NCBI GenBank assembly: GCA_052327205.1 | Contig: CM126207.1 | Coordinates: 64,728,001-64,792,000, forward strand | Direction of reading: 5' to 3' | From: Somniosus microcephalus | Lineage: Eukaryota | Length of the DNA stretch: 64,000 bases | In this document: positions 60,092-64,000 of the stretch, in pieces | Position numbering within the stretch: the first letter of the stretch is position 1 | Layout of the letters: every line of letters begins with the position of its first letter | The notes under the pieces: model-generated | What the model was told of the DNA's origin: nothing | Databases searched by the model: none | Seen by the model: only the letters and a program-made list of their open reading frames with translations | Translations under genes and position numbers: made by a program

Positions 60092-63000
60092 GGTGGGACC
60101 AACAAGTCCAGGGAACCCTGGATGTCAAGGGATATACAAGAATAGATTAGGAAAAAAAGGGAGGCTTTTGGCAGATACAAAGGACTAGAAACAGTGGAAG
60201 CCCTAGAGGAGTATAGAAAGTGCAGGGGGGTACTTAAAAAATAAATTAGGAGAGCGAAGAGGGGGCATGAAAAAACACTGGTGGGCAAAATAAAGAAAAA
60301 TCCCAACGTGTTTTATAAGTATATTAAGGGCAAGAGGATAACCAGGGAAAGAACAGGACCCATTACGGACCAAAGTGGCAATCTGTGTGTAGAGCCGGAA
60401 GATGTAGGTGAGGTTTTCAATGAATCTTTTGCATCTGTGTTCACTATGGAGAGGAGCGATGTAGGCATAGAAATCAGACAGGGGGATTATGATATACTTG
60501 AACAAATTAGCATTGAGAGGGAGGAGGTACTAGCGGTTTTAGCGGGCTTAAAAGTGGATAAATTCCCAGGCCCAGACGAGATGTATCCCAGGCTGCTGTG
60601 TGTGGCAAGGGAGGAGATTGCAGGGGCTCTGACACACATTTTCAGTACCTCTCTGGCCACAGGGGAGGTGCCAGAGGACTGGAGGACAGCTAACATAGTA
60701 CCATTATTTAAGAAGGGTAGTAGGGATAAACCAGGGAATTACAGGCCAGTGAGCCTAACATCAGTGGTAGGGAAATTAATGGAAAAAATTATGAGGGACA
60801 GAATTAGTCTCCACTTGGAGAGGCAAGGATAGTCAGCATGGCTTTGTCAGGGGGAGATCAAGTCCAACCAATTTGATTGAATTTTTTGAGGGGGTGACTA
60901 GGTGTGTGGATGAGGGTAGTGCAGTTGATGTAGTCTACATGGACTACAGTAAGGCTTTGGTCAAAGTCCCGCATGGGAGACTGGTCAAGAAGGTAAGAGC
61001 CCATGGGATCCAGGGCAACTTGGCACATTGGATCCAAAATTGGCTTCGTGGCAGGAGGCAGAGGGTAATGGTCGAAGGTTGTTTTTATGATTGGAAGCCT
61101 GTGTCCAGTGGTGTACCGCAGGGATCGGTGCTGGGTCCCTTGCTGTTTGTAGTGTACATTAATGATTTAGATATGAATGTAGGAGGTATGATCAGTAAGT
61201 TTGCAGATGACACAAAAATTGGTGGAGTGGTAAATAGCGAGGAGGGAAGCCTCAGGCTACAGGACAATATAGACGGGTTGGTCAGATGGGCGGAACAGTG
61301 GCAAATGGAATTTAACCCTGAAAAGTGTGAGGTGATGCATTTTGGGAGGACTAACAAGGCAAGGGAATACACAATGAATGGTAGGACCCTAGGAAGGACA
61401 GAGGATCAGCGGGACCTTGGTGTGCATGTACATAGATCCTTGAAGGCAGCAGGACAGATAGATAAGGTGGTTAAGAAGGCATATGGGATACTTGCCTTCA
61501 TTAGCCGAGGCATAGAATATAAGAGCAGGGAGGTTATGATGGAGCTGTACAAAACGCTAGTTAGGCCACAGCTGGAATATTGTGTGCAGTTCTGGTCGCC
61601 ACACTATAGGAAGGATGTGATTGCATTGAAGAGGGTGCAGAAGAGATTCACCAGGATGTTACCTGGGCTGGAGCGTTTCAGCTATGAAGAGAGACTGGAC
61701 AGGCTGGGGTTGTTTTCCTTAGAGCAGAGAAGGTTGAGGGGGGACCTGATTGAGGTGTACAAAATTATGAGGGGCATAGATAGGGTAGATAGAAAGGAAC
61801 TTTTCCCCTTAGTAGAGAGGTCAATAACCAGGGGGCATAGTTTCAAGGTAAGGGGCAGGAGGTTTAGAGGGGATTTGAGGAAAAACTTTTTCACCCAGAG
61901 GGTGGTTGGAATCTGGAACTCACTGCCTGAAAGGGTGGTAGAGGCAGGAACCCTCACAACATTCAAGAAGCATTTAGATGAGCACTTGAAACGCCATAGC
62001 ATACAAGGCTTCGGACCAAGTGCTGGAAAATCGGATTAGAATAGATAGGGCTTGATGGCCGGCGCAGACATGATGGGCTGAAGGGCCTCTTTCTGTGCTG
62101 TGTAACTCTATGACTCTAAACTGTTGGTTACTGCATTTGTAATACATATAGAGATTTTTTTAGCTTGCAAGTTTTTAGAGCCAACTCTATGTCCAGTGCC
62201 ACCTCATTGGAACAACCTCTCTCAGCATTGACAAATCGCTTCTGTCATTTCACCTGCAGCTGTCATCTATTTGACCATTGCCCTTGAAAAAATCAGACCT
62301 TGGTCCTCTGAATTCTTCCACGATCAGCCCCAACACCAACATCACCAGGCACGCCAACATCACCAACCTTCTCTGCCATCACCTGATGTTACACAGACGA
62401 TCAGCCCCTGACAACATTGCTGTCCGGGAGGCCAGTGATGGCATCACCATGGCCAGATTTACTTCACTTGACGCTGGGTGCAAGTGTCCACCTTTGTGCA
62501 GTGCTTGTCAGTGTTTGCAGCACCTCAAAGCTGTCAAACACAGACAGAACAACTGTCAAATTCAATGTGGCCGTGGTCCCTTTAAGGAAACCGGCTGATG
62601 ACGTGTCATCAAATGATGTCATCAGACCCACTTCTGGTTAATTGGCTGGGAAGCATGCAGGGCGGGCTTAACAAGGTCAATCAAGGGAAAATCCCTTTGA
62701 TAGAGCGGCTGCAGCCGGGAACAGGACCGGAACCCGGCAAACAGCTATCCCGCCACCATCCCAAGACCACTGAGAAAATCCAGCCCTATATTTCACATAA
62801 TATATTTCACAGAACATAATATTTCCTTACTGATGCCCTAGGCATAGGATTGGCCACCCATTATACACCATGTCCGATGGATGGATGTACAACAGGTGGC
62901 TGTTCCGCTGCTGCTAGTTTTCTATAAGCATACAGAAAGTTTAAGCAATCCATTTTACACAGTGAAAAAGTAGATCAGAAATTCTACCCAGATTTCTGAG

Positions 63001-63142
63001 ATGAACTTACGTTTTGCAGCCAAAGGGATTTCATTCCACTGTTCAAGGTATTGAAGTGTATTTTTCCATGCCACACAATCCAATGAATATTGAAAAAGAT
63101 TCTTTTCCGTTTATTCAAGGTAGCAATTCCTGGTTACAGTAG

Positions 63143-63661
63143 GAGCAATTTTAACCCTGGCGGAAACCAGGCGGGCGGGCAGTTGAAATCACCCGAGTGA
63201 CTTACCCTCCGAGGTCCCACTCTAGTTCTGCAGCCTTTGATTTTAACCTGCTCTTCTGAGCAGACTGGAAGGATACCCACCGGACACTAGCAGGGGCCCG
63301 TCTGCAATTTTAACCAGAGGCCTGCACGGGGATGTTGTTGTGGCTTTCCCACCAGACCAACATGTGGGGGGGCGGGGGAAAAGAAGTCGGGACCAGATAC
63401 CTTTTTTTTTGTACTTTCTTGTGGGGCCAGAAGGCCCTCTGTAAACCCCGCCCCGTGACTTACCCAAATGCCAGAGACCTTGCCTTCAGTCCCTCGTGGC
63501 AACTTCCTGCCACTTGACATTGCCTTCCTGCTCGCCAATCAGCTGCCACTTTCTGCAGGATCTGTGCAAGAATATGACAGAGGCTATGCAGATGAGGCCC
63601 AGGAGTTAAAATCTCCCAGCTTATTGCCTTTGCAACTCCCACCTGAAGTTAAAATCGGGGC
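63143..63661. mobile_element. Harbinger-type MITE
   Basis: gagcaattttaacc / gttaaaatcggggc ends; TAG on both flanks. Confidence 0.55.
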
Positions 63662-63752
63662 TAGTGGCTCTTTATAATACTAAGGAATCATGTGTGAAAA
63701 TCTACACCATTTTGTAATTAATAATATCAACATGCATTATTATTGTTATGAC

Positions 63753-64000
63753 ATAAAAACAGAAAATGCTGGAGATACTCAGCAGGTCAGGCAGCATCTG
63801 TGAAGAGAGAAACAGAGTTAACGTTTCAGGTCGATGGCCTTTCGTCAGAACTGGAAAAAAGCAGGAAATGGAACATATTTTTAAGCAAGTGTAGGGGCTG
63901 GGAAATGGGGGAGGGGAGGAAAGAACAAAAGGGAAGGTTTGTGATAGGATAGAAGGCAGGAGAAGTTAAGAGATATTCAAGGCAAAAGGAGATGGTAATG
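63753..64000 (-). mobile_element. Penelope-like element 3' end, running off the window
   Basis: aaaacagaaaatgctggagatactcagcaggtcaggcagcatctg...; contains a hammerhead core; same family as 23115-23210. Confidence 0.7.
63816..63852 (-). ncRNA. Minimal type I hammerhead ribozyme motif
   Basis: Minus strand reads aguu-CUGACGA-a-AGGCCAUCGACCU-GAAAC-GUU-aacu: conserved core, stem I aguu/aacu, stem II AGG/CCU, and palindromic ACGU in place of stem III. Confidence 0.7.

Larger units (their letters stand above)
54276..62039 (+). pseudogene. CR1 ORF2 (APE endonuclease plus RT), frameshifted and interrupted at 55133-60091
   Basis: YFNARSL, DIVAITETWL, GVYYRPP and SDHNSV; then NYRPVSLTS, GVPQGSVLGP and FADD. 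Confidence 0.9.
52816..62118 (+). mobile_element. Essentially full-length CR1 LINE (5'UTR, ORF1, ORF2, tail), split by a Gypsy element
   Basis: Repetitive 5'UTR; ORF1 and ORF2 pieces; ORF2 rejoins across the GGTGG TSD; tail actctatgactcta. Confidence 0.92.
52469..62786. mobile_element. Harbinger-type non-autonomous element (parts 52469-~52815 and ~62119-62786) hosting the full-length CR1
   Basis: Ends ggctggaatt / aaaatccagccc with TAT on both flanks (52466-52468, 62787-62789). Confidence 0.65.

Overview
Vertebrate genomic DNA, almost certainly from a cartilaginous fish (inferred from HE1/V-SINE-like, SacSINE1/DeuSINE-like and shark-type CR1 and Penelope repeats). No host protein-coding gene could be recognised, so the window is probably intronic or intergenic. 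It is dominated by nested transposable elements: many PIF/Harbinger elements and MITEs (convergent Myb/SANT-like gene plus DDE transposase), several CR1 LINEs (one essentially full length), L2 and a second CR1-group LINE, a near-intact pogo/Tigger transposon, a near-intact Mag-type Ty3/Gypsy element plus a related solo LTR, three SINE types and Penelope ends. The most notable observation is a transposase-deleted Harbinger (42.6-45.1 kb) whose three-exon Myb/SANT gene splices into an uninterrupted 400-codon ORF. Its C-terminus is a Leu-rich, transmembrane-like tail read from the antisense strand of the transposase poly-Gln region. Other highlights: identical GGTGG target duplications at two independent LTR insertions, a minimal hammerhead ribozyme, an inverted pair of identical RFX X-boxes, and AT-rich CNE-like islands. 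All alignments were made by eye; no database searches were run.
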